This document shows positions 25,791 to 34,464 of a stretch of DNA of 64,000 nt, in pieces. Location: positions 32,001-96,000 of IMG/VR virus record IMGVR_UViG_3300045051_000172, one strand, 5' to 3'. The notes under the pieces are model-generated. The model was not told where the DNA came from, searched no databases, and was given only the letters and a program-made list of their open reading frames with translations. Both the position numbers and the translations under genes were made by a program. Source of the stretch: a virus. Each line of letters starts with the position of its first letter. The first letter of the stretch is position 1.

Positions 25791-26492
25791 ATGCGCATCA
25801 TAAGTAACTTCAAAGATTTCTATGACGGTATCAGTCATCAGTATTTAGATAAAGAAATCCTATACTTGCGCAGCAGTGTCGAAGAATCGCCGGAGCGCGC
25901 GAAGGTTCCCGAAGTGAGCAAGTTCGAAATCATCGACTCTCCGAATAATGTGACTTATTTCTTCAGCTTAGAGCTTCTCGGATTCTGCGGAAAGATCTAC
26001 CCCATGGCCGTTGTGCGCACGACAGGGATCGAATATAAGCCCACAGAGTTCAATCAATACTCCCAAGGATTCTTCAGCTACGACAAGCTCGTCGATTTCG
26101 TGAACCTCAAAAAGATTCCCATCAAAGAGGGTCGCCGATATCGCTGGTTCAACTTTTCCTACCAAGATAGTTTGGCGGATATCGCTCGCTTTTTCGAAAC
26201 TACTACTGATTACAATAAGTTAGATAAGGTCTTTCAAAGACTCAATACGCCGGTATTCGTCCTGCGCGAGACGGGCCGCCGCGAGCGAAAGCTGATTACG
26301 AATCCCATGCTTAAGAACTTCTCGTTCCAAAAGTTTAAGGACCCGTTCACGACGCACCAAGAACTTTTCATGTATGTGGGAGGAATCCTCCGACAGCCGG
26401 ATCGGGAAATGGTCAAGCTTACAGATAAACAAAAACTTGAAAAGAGAGGCTTCGACAAATGGAGCTTCAGAAAACCCCCGGAGGGAAAATGA
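25791..26492 (+). CDS. Hypothetical protein (233 aa)
   Basis: Long ORF downstream of a promoter; no motif recognised. Confidence 0.7.
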   Translation: MRIISNFKDFYDGISHQYLDKEILYLRSSVEESPERAKVPEVSKFEIIDSPNNVTYFFSLELLGFCGKIYPMAVVRTTGIEYKPTEFNQYSQGFFSYDKLVDFVNLKKIPIKEGRRYRWFNFSYQDSLADIARFFETTTDYNKLDKVFQRLNTPVFVLRETGRRERKLITNPMLKNFSFQKFKDPFTTHQELFMYVGGILRQPDREMVKLTDKQKLEKRGFDKWSFRKPPEGK

Positions 26493-26680
26493 ATCGACTC
26501 ATAATGCACCTGATCGGATTAGCCTTAATTCCTTTGATTTTAGCGATCTCAGTTCTGGCTGCGGGACTTGCTTTAGTCCTCGGAGTTTTTGTTAGTTTGG
26601 CCTTGCTAGTTGTGCCCGGACAAGTTAAATTCAATGGAGAGAAACTCAGCAGCATTCTACGAAAGGTAAAACGAGCATGA
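26489..26680 (+). CDS. Small membrane protein (start moved to ATG 26489)
   Basis: GGAGG RBS, long hydrophobic segment, ATGA overlaps. Confidence 0.55.
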   Translation: MNRLIMHLIGLALIPLILAISVLAAGLALVLGVFVSLALLVVPGQVKFNGEKLSSILRKVKRA

Positions 26681-26967
26681 AAATCAGTCCTCAGCAATTT
26701 GTTCAAAATTTACGAAATGGTGGCCTAAATGCCCAGGCTTCTTTGACTTTAGCGGAAGCTTCTTTAAAGAGCGTTACCGGCGGAAAGCAAGGCTGGACCT
26801 ATGCTGATCTTCCGAACTACCTTCAACTTGCTCAGGATTCTCACTATTCAGACTCGATGCGAAAACAGCTTATTCAAATGGAACGTGATAAGCCAAAACA
26901 GCTTGCCAAACTTCAAGGTTTCTATTCTCAAGTTGTTGGCATTTTGAAGAAACAAGTCAAAGCATAA
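26677..26967 (+). CDS. Hypothetical protein
   Basis: 96 aa; ATGA overlap. Confidence 0.55.
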   Translation: MKISPQQFVQNLRNGGLNAQASLTLAEASLKSVTGGKQGWTYADLPNYLQLAQDSHYSDSMRKQLIQMERDKPKQLAKLQGFYSQVVGILKKQVKA

Positions 26968-26968
26968 T

Positions 26969-26997
26969 TTGACAATTTGCCCTGTTCCCGATACATT
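26969..26997 (+). promoter_or_regulatory. sigma70-type promoter TTGACA-17-TACATT for groEL
   Basis: It is followed by the AGGGAG RBS and ATG 27010. Confidence 0.65.
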
Positions 26998-27009
26998 TTA
27001 GGGAGACTT

Positions 27010-28677
27010 ATGACTTTAAATCCAAAGAAAATTGCTCAAAAAAACGAGATGGCCGACAAAATGAAAGTTGGCATTTCCCTCGTTGCTTCCATCGTTAAAC
27101 GTACTTTAGGGCCCGGAGGTCTTCCGATCCTAATCGAACGAAATGGACAGAACTTAGAAGGTGATCCTCTTGAGCCCATGATTACGAAAGACGGAGTCAC
27201 CGTCGCAAACGAATGTGCCTCAGACGACCCCGAAGTTGATCTCACTATTCAAACCGTCAAAGCAATTTGTAAGAAAACAAATCGAATCGCTGGAGATGGA
27301 ACTACGACCGCGATTGTTTTAGGTGAGGCTTTATATCTTGAAACTCTCAAAGAGCTGGATGCTGATTCAAATTTGAATCCTCAGATTGTTCGAGAAGAAT
27401 TAGAATTGGCAATCAAAGACGTAGTGGCTGAACTTGAAAAAGTTGCAGTACCTGTAAAAGATTTCGCACGCATTGAACAAGTTGCAAACATTTCTGCAAA
27501 CGGTGAAAAAGAAATCGGCTCAGTAATTCGGGCCGCTTTCGAACACGTTGGAGCTGAAGGCGTCGTCACTATCGATGAAGGTTCCTCAATTGAAACCACG
27601 ATTGATCGAGTTGAAGGTTTTCAATTTGCTCGCGGAGCCGAATCTCAAGATCGTTTTTTCAATAACAAAGAGAGAACTAAGTTCGAAGCCAAAGATGCTT
27701 TGGTAATTATCTATGACGGCAAGATCGACCACAATGGAAAACTGGTCGCGGTCATGAATACGATTTCAAAAGAATTCGCAACTGCCGGAGGCGGCATCGG
27801 AGCCTTCCCGCCAATTTTAATCATTGCGAATGATTTCAGTTTAGATACTCTTCAACTCCTTCTAATCAATAAAGCCGAATCAGGATTAAATTTCTGTGCG
27901 GTTCGAAGTCCCAACACGACTACGATTCGTTCCTTGATGCTTGACGATCTGGCGGTATATCTCGGCGGAACCAAGCTGGGCAATGGAGGCAAAGACCTTC
28001 AATCAGCCGAATTTAAGATTTCCAAGGACCAAAACGGAAAGATGGTTTTTACGGGCGACATCGGATTTGTCTCTTCAGTTATTGTGGATCGCTACAATAC
28101 AACCCTATTCGGAGGCGGAGGAACTGAACAAGCCGTCACTGAAAGAGTAGACCAATTGAATGCCTCCAAAGAAGCCGCCTTCAGTGAATACGACCGCTCG
28201 ATGATTAATGATCGAGTTGCTTCCCTCACAGGTGGAATCGCCAAGATTGGCGTAGGTGGACGGACAGAGTTAGAAATCAAAGAAAAATATCATCGCATTG
28301 AAGATGCCTTGAATGCTTCCCGAGCCGCCATTGAAGCCGGAGTTATCCCAGGAGGAGGCGCGGCCCTTTTCCGAATTGCCGATCAATTGAGTAAGTCCGA
28401 CACTGTTGGCCATAGAATTCTTTCGAAGGCTCTCAAGTCTCCCATATTCCAAATCTTGGATAATATCGGGATCGCTCATGAGAGTCTAAATTTAGATCAG
28501 CTTAAATCTGATCCTACTTTAATTTTCGATGCCCGCAACAAAAAGTTTGTTGATGCATTTGAGGCCGGAATTATCGATCCCTTAAAAGTAACCGTAACTG
28601 CACTTGAGAATGCCGCATCCATTGCCGGACTTCTTTCGACTTGCGGCGGCGGGATTACTTATCTGAGAAAGGTTTAA
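27010..28677 (+). CDS. groL: Phage-encoded group I chaperonin GroEL (start moved to ATG 27010)
   Basis: 'TLGP', 'ITKDGVTVA', 'AGDGTTTAIVL', 'KEKYHRIEDALNASRAAIEAGVIPGGG' and 'GIIDPLKV' are all present; there is no C-terminal GGM tail. Confidence 0.93.
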   Translation: MTLNPKKIAQKNEMADKMKVGISLVASIVKRTLGPGGLPILIERNGQNLEGDPLEPMITKDGVTVANECASDDPEVDLTIQTVKAICKKTNRIAGDGTTTAIVLGEALYLETLKELDADSNLNPQIVREELELAIKDVVAELEKVAVPVKDFARIEQVANISANGEKEIGSVIRAAFEHVGAEGVVTIDEGSSIETTIDRVEGFQFARGAESQDRFFNNKERTKFEAKDALVIIYDGKIDHNGKLVAVMNTISKEFATAGGGIGAFPPILIIANDFSLDTLQLLLINKAESGLNFCAVRSPNTTTIRSLMLDDLAVYLGGTKLGNGGKDLQSAEFKISKDQNGKMVFTGDIGFVSSVIVDRYNTTLFGGGGTEQAVTERVDQLNASKEAAFSEYDRSMINDRVASLTGGIAKIGVGGRTELEIKEKYHRIEDALNASRAAIEAGVIPGGGAALFRIADQLSKSDTVGHRILSKALKSPIFQILDNIGIAHESLNLDQLKSDPTLIFDARNKKFVDAFEAGIIDPLKVTVTALENAASIAGLLSTCGGGITYLRKV

Positions 28678-28679
28678 TC

Positions 28680-29258
28680 ATGGAAGAGTTGATGAAATAT
28701 TTTACTCTGCCTCTGGACAAAGAAGACGGCACTATTACCTACCTCGTCAACAAGATTGAGACTTACGAGAACGGTGAATTGCGTATTCTTCTTTTGCATC
28801 CCTTGGCCAAGAAGATTTTAATTCCTGTCATTGCAGCCTCTGAGAACGACATGCTTTTGACGCAGACTCAGACTCAAGGTAAGAGCAACCTCCAGAAATG
28901 GATTGAATACGTCATCAAGAATGGCAACATCCTCTCTTTCTCGTCTCGCGAAGACGCGGAGTCCCTCGCAATGATCTTTGTGGTTAATCGTCGTCTCACT
29001 CGTCGACAAAAGTCCAAACTCTCTTCTTTGACTGGAGAGATCTCCATAAACTATTTCAATGGTGATTTGAATATAGCGATTCGAACCATCAATGAAAATG
29101 AAGTCCTCCTGGATGAATGGAATCGATCCTGGTTCGAGAAATTCTTAGATAAGACCAAGCAAAAGAATAAGTACGGTCGCCCTAAGCCCTTATCCCCACA
29201 AGAACGAGAAGGTCTCTTCCGCATAGCCGGATTTGTTCTTTCTCAATTGGAGGTGTAA
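28680..29258 (+). CDS. Hypothetical protein
   Basis: 192 aa directly after groEL. Confidence 0.65.
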   Translation: MEELMKYFTLPLDKEDGTITYLVNKIETYENGELRILLLHPLAKKILIPVIAASENDMLLTQTQTQGKSNLQKWIEYVIKNGNILSFSSREDAESLAMIFVVNRRLTRRQKSKLSSLTGEISINYFNGDLNIAIRTINENEVLLDEWNRSWFEKFLDKTKQKNKYGRPKPLSPQEREGLFRIAGFVLSQLEV

Positions 29259-29259
29259 T

Positions 29260-29790
29260 TTGAGTCTATCCGGAACCAACACTGGAGAAGCAGTTACTCT
29301 GCAGATGCCAGGATATCCCGTAGTGCAAATCAAGAAGCTCTCTGAGAATGCAATATTGCCGGAAAAAAAGTCAGTCGGGGCCGCAGCCTTCGATATGTAC
29401 GCAACAGAAGTCGTAATGGACCGATTTCAAGATTGTCAAATTGTTTATAAGACTGGAATTGCAATGTCGATTCCTGAAGGTCATGTCGGATTGATTTATC
29501 CTCGTTCGAGCATTCGAGATACTTTTCTATCCTTGACTAATGCAGTTGGAGTAATTGACTCTGACTATCGCGGTGAAATTACTTTCACTTTCAACTATCG
29601 AGGACCCTTGACAAAAATGGTCAGCGGAAAATTAGGAATTCCGATTGATTCCAAAGACAAAATTTATAAGTCAGGAGATCGCATAGGTCAAATAATTGTC
29701 ATGCCGATCCCTTTGGTGTATTATAAAGAAGTGCAGGAACTCAGCCCTACCCTCAGAGGTAGCCAAGGACTTGGATCAACCGGGAGATAA
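29260..29790 (+). CDS. dut: Trimeric dUTPase (likely TTG start at 29260)
   Basis: Motifs 'GAAAFD', 'PRSS', 'GVIDSDYRGE', 'RIGQ', 'RGSQGLGSTG'; GGAGGT RBS. Confidence 0.92.
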   Translation: MSLSGTNTGEAVTLQMPGYPVVQIKKLSENAILPEKKSVGAAAFDMYATEVVMDRFQDCQIVYKTGIAMSIPEGHVGLIYPRSSIRDTFLSLTNAVGVIDSDYRGEITFTFNYRGPLTKMVSGKLGIPIDSKDKIYKSGDRIGQIIVMPIPLVYYKEVQELSPTLRGSQGLGSTGR

Positions 29791-29794
29791 CTGA

Positions 29795-31462
29795 ATGAGT
29801 AAACGCAAATTACCAAAAAAACCTTCCATTAAAAAAGTAGAAAAAGAAAAAGCTAAGGCGAAAAAGAAAGTTCTCAAGACGTACACCTCGTTCGTAAAGA
29901 AACAAGGGCGTCACCCGACAACTTCCGAAATGCTTCAACTCGGGGTCACCCGAAATACCATTCGTCATCACTATGGATCTATTAGTGTTTTGAAAGAATT
30001 GGCTCGTGAAGAATTTCCGAAAGTGTTCAGAGACATTATCGATGGAGACTATTTCACCGAACAGCGTTATGAAAAACTTCAGAACGATGTAAAGAATTAT
30101 TCTCGTTTCGTAATCACTACCGCAGTAGTGGGTTCTCCTGTTCATAAAAAGTTCTTAGCTGCGATTGAAAATTATTGCAGTAGAAATCGGGCGCTCCTTT
30201 TGGTTCTCCCGTCTGCAGACCCTGCCAAATCTTCTGATTGGGTTTTAGATCGTGTTCTAGCCCAGAAACAAATTCACTTGGTATTTAAGAACTTGAGCTT
30301 GAATTCTAATTTCTTTGTAAGTTCCATTAAAACCAGTGCAAAGCAGCTAAAGCCCATGACTGGCTTGGAGCGCATTGGAAACCGAAATGGATCTTTCGTA
30401 TTCGCCTCACCGAAACAAGATCTTGATTTCGTTGCAACTTCCAACACTAAGTTTCCCCACGCTCTCATGACGACGGGCGCAATCACTCTTCCAGATTATG
30501 AAACCGATGAATATATGTCGGAGCGCACCGCGTATCTTGCAAAAGAAGATCACGTTATGGGCGCGCTCATTGTCGAAATCGAAGATGACAAGATTTATCA
30601 CTTCCGTCAAATCCAGGCAGAGTCAACCTCAGGTAACTTTGTGGATTTAGGAGATTATTACAAATCTACCGGCGAAGTGGAACAGATGGATGCCGAAGCT
30701 CTTGTAATGGGGGATTACCACGCTGGAGAAACTGATCCTACCGCAAAACAAGCTTGGAAAGAAGTTGTTCAGGCTGTTCGAGCAAAAGACTTAGTTCTTC
30801 ATGACATGTTCAACGGAAAATCGATTTCCCATCATGATAAGAAACGAAAAGTCAAAATGGCTATCAAGTTTAAAGAAAATCACTTGTCTCTGCAGGATGA
30901 AGCTAAGATCACTGCGGATGAAGCAAATGACCTGGCTTCTTGGATTAAATCCCGAGATGGAAAATTGTTCTGGGTTAAGTCGAATCATGATGACTTCCTA
31001 GCTCGTCTCCTTGAAGACGGAGGTTGGATTGACGATCCGATCAATATGGTTCTTTGTTCGTCTTTAATTGAACCCATGTCTGAAGGTAAAGATCCTTTGA
31101 CGGTTTTAATGGAGAAGCAAAAGAATTTGAAGGCAGATACCAAAAGTCGAATTGTTTGGTTGAAAAGAACTCAAGATTATAAGATTGCTGGGCATCAAAT
31201 CGCTGCTCACGGGGATTTAGGTTCGCACGGTTATAGAAACCCTACTCTTGAGAACTTAGAGAATTCTTATGGAAGCTCGGTTTCCGGCCACTCCCATACT
31301 CCTGCGATTCGCAGAAATGCTTGGAGAGTCGGAACCTCAAGTATGCTCAAGCTGGACTACAATGAAGGTCCTTCTGCTTGGTTGCACACTTCCTGTATCA
31401 TCTATCCTAACGGCGCTCGACAGCTTGTTAACGCCTTCCAAGGAAAGTGGAGAAAAAAATAG
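29795..31462 (+). CDS. Calcineurin-like metallophosphoesterase with basic/HTH-like N-terminus
   Basis: Metal ligands 'GDYHAG', 'LHD', 'SNHD', 'HGD', 'GHSH'. Confidence 0.7.
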   Translation: MSKRKLPKKPSIKKVEKEKAKAKKKVLKTYTSFVKKQGRHPTTSEMLQLGVTRNTIRHHYGSISVLKELAREEFPKVFRDIIDGDYFTEQRYEKLQNDVKNYSRFVITTAVVGSPVHKKFLAAIENYCSRNRALLLVLPSADPAKSSDWVLDRVLAQKQIHLVFKNLSLNSNFFVSSIKTSAKQLKPMTGLERIGNRNGSFVFASPKQDLDFVATSNTKFPHALMTTGAITLPDYETDEYMSERTAYLAKEDHVMGALIVEIEDDKIYHFRQIQAESTSGNFVDLGDYYKSTGEVEQMDAEALVMGDYHAGETDPTAKQAWKEVVQAVRAKDLVLHDMFNGKSISHHDKKRKVKMAIKFKENHLSLQDEAKITADEANDLASWIKSRDGKLFWVKSNHDDFLARLLEDGGWIDDPINMVLCSSLIEPMSEGKDPLTVLMEKQKNLKADTKSRIVWLKRTQDYKIAGHQIAAHGDLGSHGYRNPTLENLENSYGSSVSGHSHTPAIRRNAWRVGTSSMLKLDYNEGPSAWLHTSCIIYPNGARQLVNAFQGKWRKK

Positions 31463-31469
31463 TTTCCAC

Positions 31470-31498
31470 TTGACGTTTGTTTTCTTCGACTGTAAAGT
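31470..31498 (+). promoter_or_regulatory. sigma70-type promoter TTGACG-17-TAAAGT
   Basis: It precedes the AGGAG RBS of 31521. Confidence 0.5.
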
Positions 31499-31520
31499 TG
31501 AACCATAGGAGAACATTCAC

Positions 31521-32093
31521 ATGCAAGTAGAATACAAATTAAAATTGGGTCAAGAAGAATTCACTCTTAAGACGGAAGTCCAAAACGAGATCGAATTTTT
31601 CCAAAAGATGGCTTTCTATTCAGGTCTTCCAAAGACTGGTCCGAATGGAGAGAATGACCTTAAGCTCGTTCACAGAACTACCAAGAAAGGCGATTACTAC
31701 TCAATCGTTTCAGTTTCGGCTGGACAAGAGTATCGTCTCGGAATTTTAAAAGAAGGCGGCCTCTTTCCTAAAGGTTGGGCTCCCATCTACGGCACAAGCG
31801 AAGACGCAGAAGAAACTGCTACGTCTACGGCTCAAGCCACAGTAGCCTCGGTTGAAACTCAAATTGCCGCCGCTACCGCAGCTCCAAAGGCTGCAGCCGC
31901 AACTGCGACTGCCGCTCCGAAAGCAGCAGCTCCCGCAGCCGCTGCACCTAAGGCCGCACCAGCCCAGCGTTCAACGGCAGACATCATTAATCAGTATGCC
32001 GTCGGAAACACCGCAACTAAACCCGCAGCAGCCTCGGCGGCCCCCGCAACCGCCCCAGCAACTGGAAATGTGAACTCACTACTTAGGAGATAA
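31521..32093 (+). CDS. Hypothetical replication-region protein with Ala/Pro/Lys-rich low-complexity tail (possible ssDNA-binding protein)
   Basis: Globular ~90-aa N-terminus plus AAPKAA repeats; upstream of the primase-helicase. Confidence 0.55.
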   Translation: MQVEYKLKLGQEEFTLKTEVQNEIEFFQKMAFYSGLPKTGPNGENDLKLVHRTTKKGDYYSIVSVSAGQEYRLGILKEGGLFPKGWAPIYGTSEDAEETATSTAQATVASVETQIAAATAAPKAAAATATAAPKAAAPAAAAPKAAPAQRSTADIINQYAVGNTATKPAAASAAPATAPATGNVNSLLRR

Positions 32094-32095
32094 AT

Positions 32096-32398
32096 ATGTC
32101 AGATCAAGCTCAACCCAAAAAACGTATCCGAAAGATCGCAAGCGTTTGTTTGTCCGATAAGGCCAATCAAGATGGCTCGCCAAATCTGTACCTGAAAATC
32201 AATGATTATCCAGGGCAGCTTCTCTTTGTGGATAAAGAGACTCAACAAGTTTACGTCGTAAAGACGGCAAGTATTCGAAAGCCTTATAACGACAATGCTC
32301 CAGCATTTGTTCAACAGGAATTGACGATTAATCTGGACAATCCTAAGAGTGCGGAACTCTTGTCTCAGACTAAAGCGGACACTGCTGCTAGTGAGTGA
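32096..32398 (+). CDS. Hypothetical protein
   Basis: 100 aa; AGGAG RBS. Confidence 0.6.
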   Translation: MSDQAQPKKRIRKIASVCLSDKANQDGSPNLYLKINDYPGQLLFVDKETQQVYVVKTASIRKPYNDNAPAFVQQELTINLDNPKSAELLSQTKADTAASE

Positions 32399-32481
32399 AT
32401 AGACCCTCCTATAGTTCACACCCCTGCACTAGAGGACCTGAGCATGTCTCAGAAACTGCTCATTCTTTTTAGGAGATTTGA

Positions 32482-34464
32482 ATGCGTTATAAGCTTCTTA
32501 AACCTGATTGGGCTCAACCTTATATAAAAGGTAAGGATCGAAAACCCAATCCGGCGTTCATACAAGAAATTCCAGGATCTGAAGATACACTCGAAGGTGA
32601 CTTCACTGAGGAATTCCTTGCGCAAAAAAATCAAGAAGGTTACAACGTCTACTTCTTTCCAAACTTTCCAAAGACTCTACATCCAGAAATTAAGTACGCT
32701 CGCGGAGAGCATATCGATGTTTTTGATTTCGTTTTTGTAGACATGGATTTAAAAGAAGGGGTTTATCCGACTAAAGAAGCCTTCTTGAGCAAACTTAGAG
32801 AATTTCCCATCCAACCATTTTTGGTAGTTGATTCGGGACATGGAATCCATGCTTATTGGAAGATCTCCAATTTGACTCGAAACGATTTCGTTTTTACTCA
32901 ATTACAATTGATTCAAACTTTCACCACAGATGATTCGATCTGGACTGTCAAACAAATCATGCGCGCCCCTGGATACAACAATACTAAACGATTCGGGGAA
33001 TTTGTTCCCGCTGCCGTAGTTCCAGGATTCCAAGGAATAGAGGTTTCTCTTGAGACTCTACGCTCTGCCTTAAGCCCTTTGACGGCTGATAATAAAACTC
33101 GCGGACAACGTCACTTGGACAAAATGGATGGTATTGAATCAGACGAAGATCTGGAAGATTTAGATGTCTCTGAACTTCCTGAAAAATTTAAAGACGATAT
33201 CGCCAAAGATCCTTTCTTGAAACAGATTTGGGAAGATCCTAAATCCTATCGAGGAGATCGATCTTCTGCTGACATGAAGTTAGCCAATATGCTGTTCAAC
33301 TTAGATTACGACCGAACCGAGGCTTATACCGTTCTAATGAATACGGAGAAAGCTCGAAGTCGAGATGCCCACAATCGACACACATACGCATTCACAGTCG
33401 TAGACAAAGTTTATAAAGATCGACCTAAATTTTACGAGGACACTGTTGCTGATTATGTTAAGACAGAAGGGGACTTTATTGAACTCGGAAAAGAAGTTCG
33501 AGGTCCAGAGTGGATGGATGTTCAAGAAGAGAAATGGAGACGCGGACAAGTTCTGGGTCTCGTTCTAGGAACGGGTATGGGTAAATCAACCCTATCCTTA
33601 GACATCATTAAACACATTCTTCAAAATAATCCCAAGGGACGTTTCGTTTACTTCTCTCTTGAAATGTCTAAGAAGAGCATGATTGATAAGTGGCTTCGAC
33701 TGACGAGAAATGATATGGCCCTTGCGGCTCGGCTTCATATCGTAGCAAATGAAACTAAGTCAAACGACATTCGTCACATTGGTCTTCAAGAAGTTGTTTG
33801 GATCACTAAAGATATCAAGAAAGTCACTGGCGATGAAATTATCGGCATCGGAATAGATCACATGGGAGAACTCTCTAATGTGGTTGACTTGACTAAAAAC
33901 CCGGCATTCAACGCAAAGGGCGAGCTGGGACAAGGTGCAGGAGATAAGCGTTTCCGAGCATTGGGATACCAATCATTATGTTCTAAAGTTAAAGACATCG
34001 CCAAGATGCTCAACGTATTTGTAATCATGCAATCACAAACAAGCCGCTTGTATGACATTATGGGCGATATTCCAATTCCAAAGTCTGGAGCTTTCGGTGC
34101 ATCTAATTTCGAAAAGATGGTTCACTGGATGGTTACGGGCTGGCAACCGCTGCTCCGTGTTTATACCAAAACCAACATGAGAGTCACGGCTTGGCAATAT
34201 TGCAAATTAAGAACGGTAGGCGAAAGAGATCCGATTAAATTAAATGATCCTCGTCTGCTACTTTTTGATATGAAGATGGGAGCCTATAGAACTCTCACCG
34301 ATGACGAAATGGAAGAAGTTAAGCTTTTAACCGAAGAGGCGGACAAACTTCGTTTAGCCCAAGAAAAGAATAAAGGTGGAGGAGTAGTTTATGGAAACTC
34401 TCCCGGAAAACTTTTAGAGCTTGTAGCTCAATACGAACGGTTGAAATCAAATGGTAAAGTTTGA
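32482..34464 (+). CDS. Primase-helicase fusion (AEP/RepB-like primase plus SF4-like helicase)
   Basis: Primase motifs 'FVDMD', 'VDSGHGIHAYW', 'RAPGYNN'. Helicase motifs 'GTGMGKS', 'YFSLEM', 'IDHM', 'SQTSR'. Confidence 0.82.
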   Translation: MRYKLLKPDWAQPYIKGKDRKPNPAFIQEIPGSEDTLEGDFTEEFLAQKNQEGYNVYFFPNFPKTLHPEIKYARGEHIDVFDFVFVDMDLKEGVYPTKEAFLSKLREFPIQPFLVVDSGHGIHAYWKISNLTRNDFVFTQLQLIQTFTTDDSIWTVKQIMRAPGYNNTKRFGEFVPAAVVPGFQGIEVSLETLRSALSPLTADNKTRGQRHLDKMDGIESDEDLEDLDVSELPEKFKDDIAKDPFLKQIWEDPKSYRGDRSSADMKLANMLFNLDYDRTEAYTVLMNTEKARSRDAHNRHTYAFTVVDKVYKDRPKFYEDTVADYVKTEGDFIELGKEVRGPEWMDVQEEKWRRGQVLGLVLGTGMGKSTLSLDIIKHILQNNPKGRFVYFSLEMSKKSMIDKWLRLTRNDMALAARLHIVANETKSNDIRHIGLQEVVWITKDIKKVTGDEIIGIGIDHMGELSNVVDLTKNPAFNAKGELGQGAGDKRFRALGYQSLCSKVKDIAKMLNVFVIMQSQTSRLYDIMGDIPIPKSGAFGASNFEKMVHWMVTGWQPLLRVYTKTNMRVTAWQYCKLRTVGERDPIKLNDPRLLLFDMKMGAYRTLTDDEMEEVKLLTEEADKLRLAQEKNKGGGVVYGNSPGKLLELVAQYERLKSNGKV

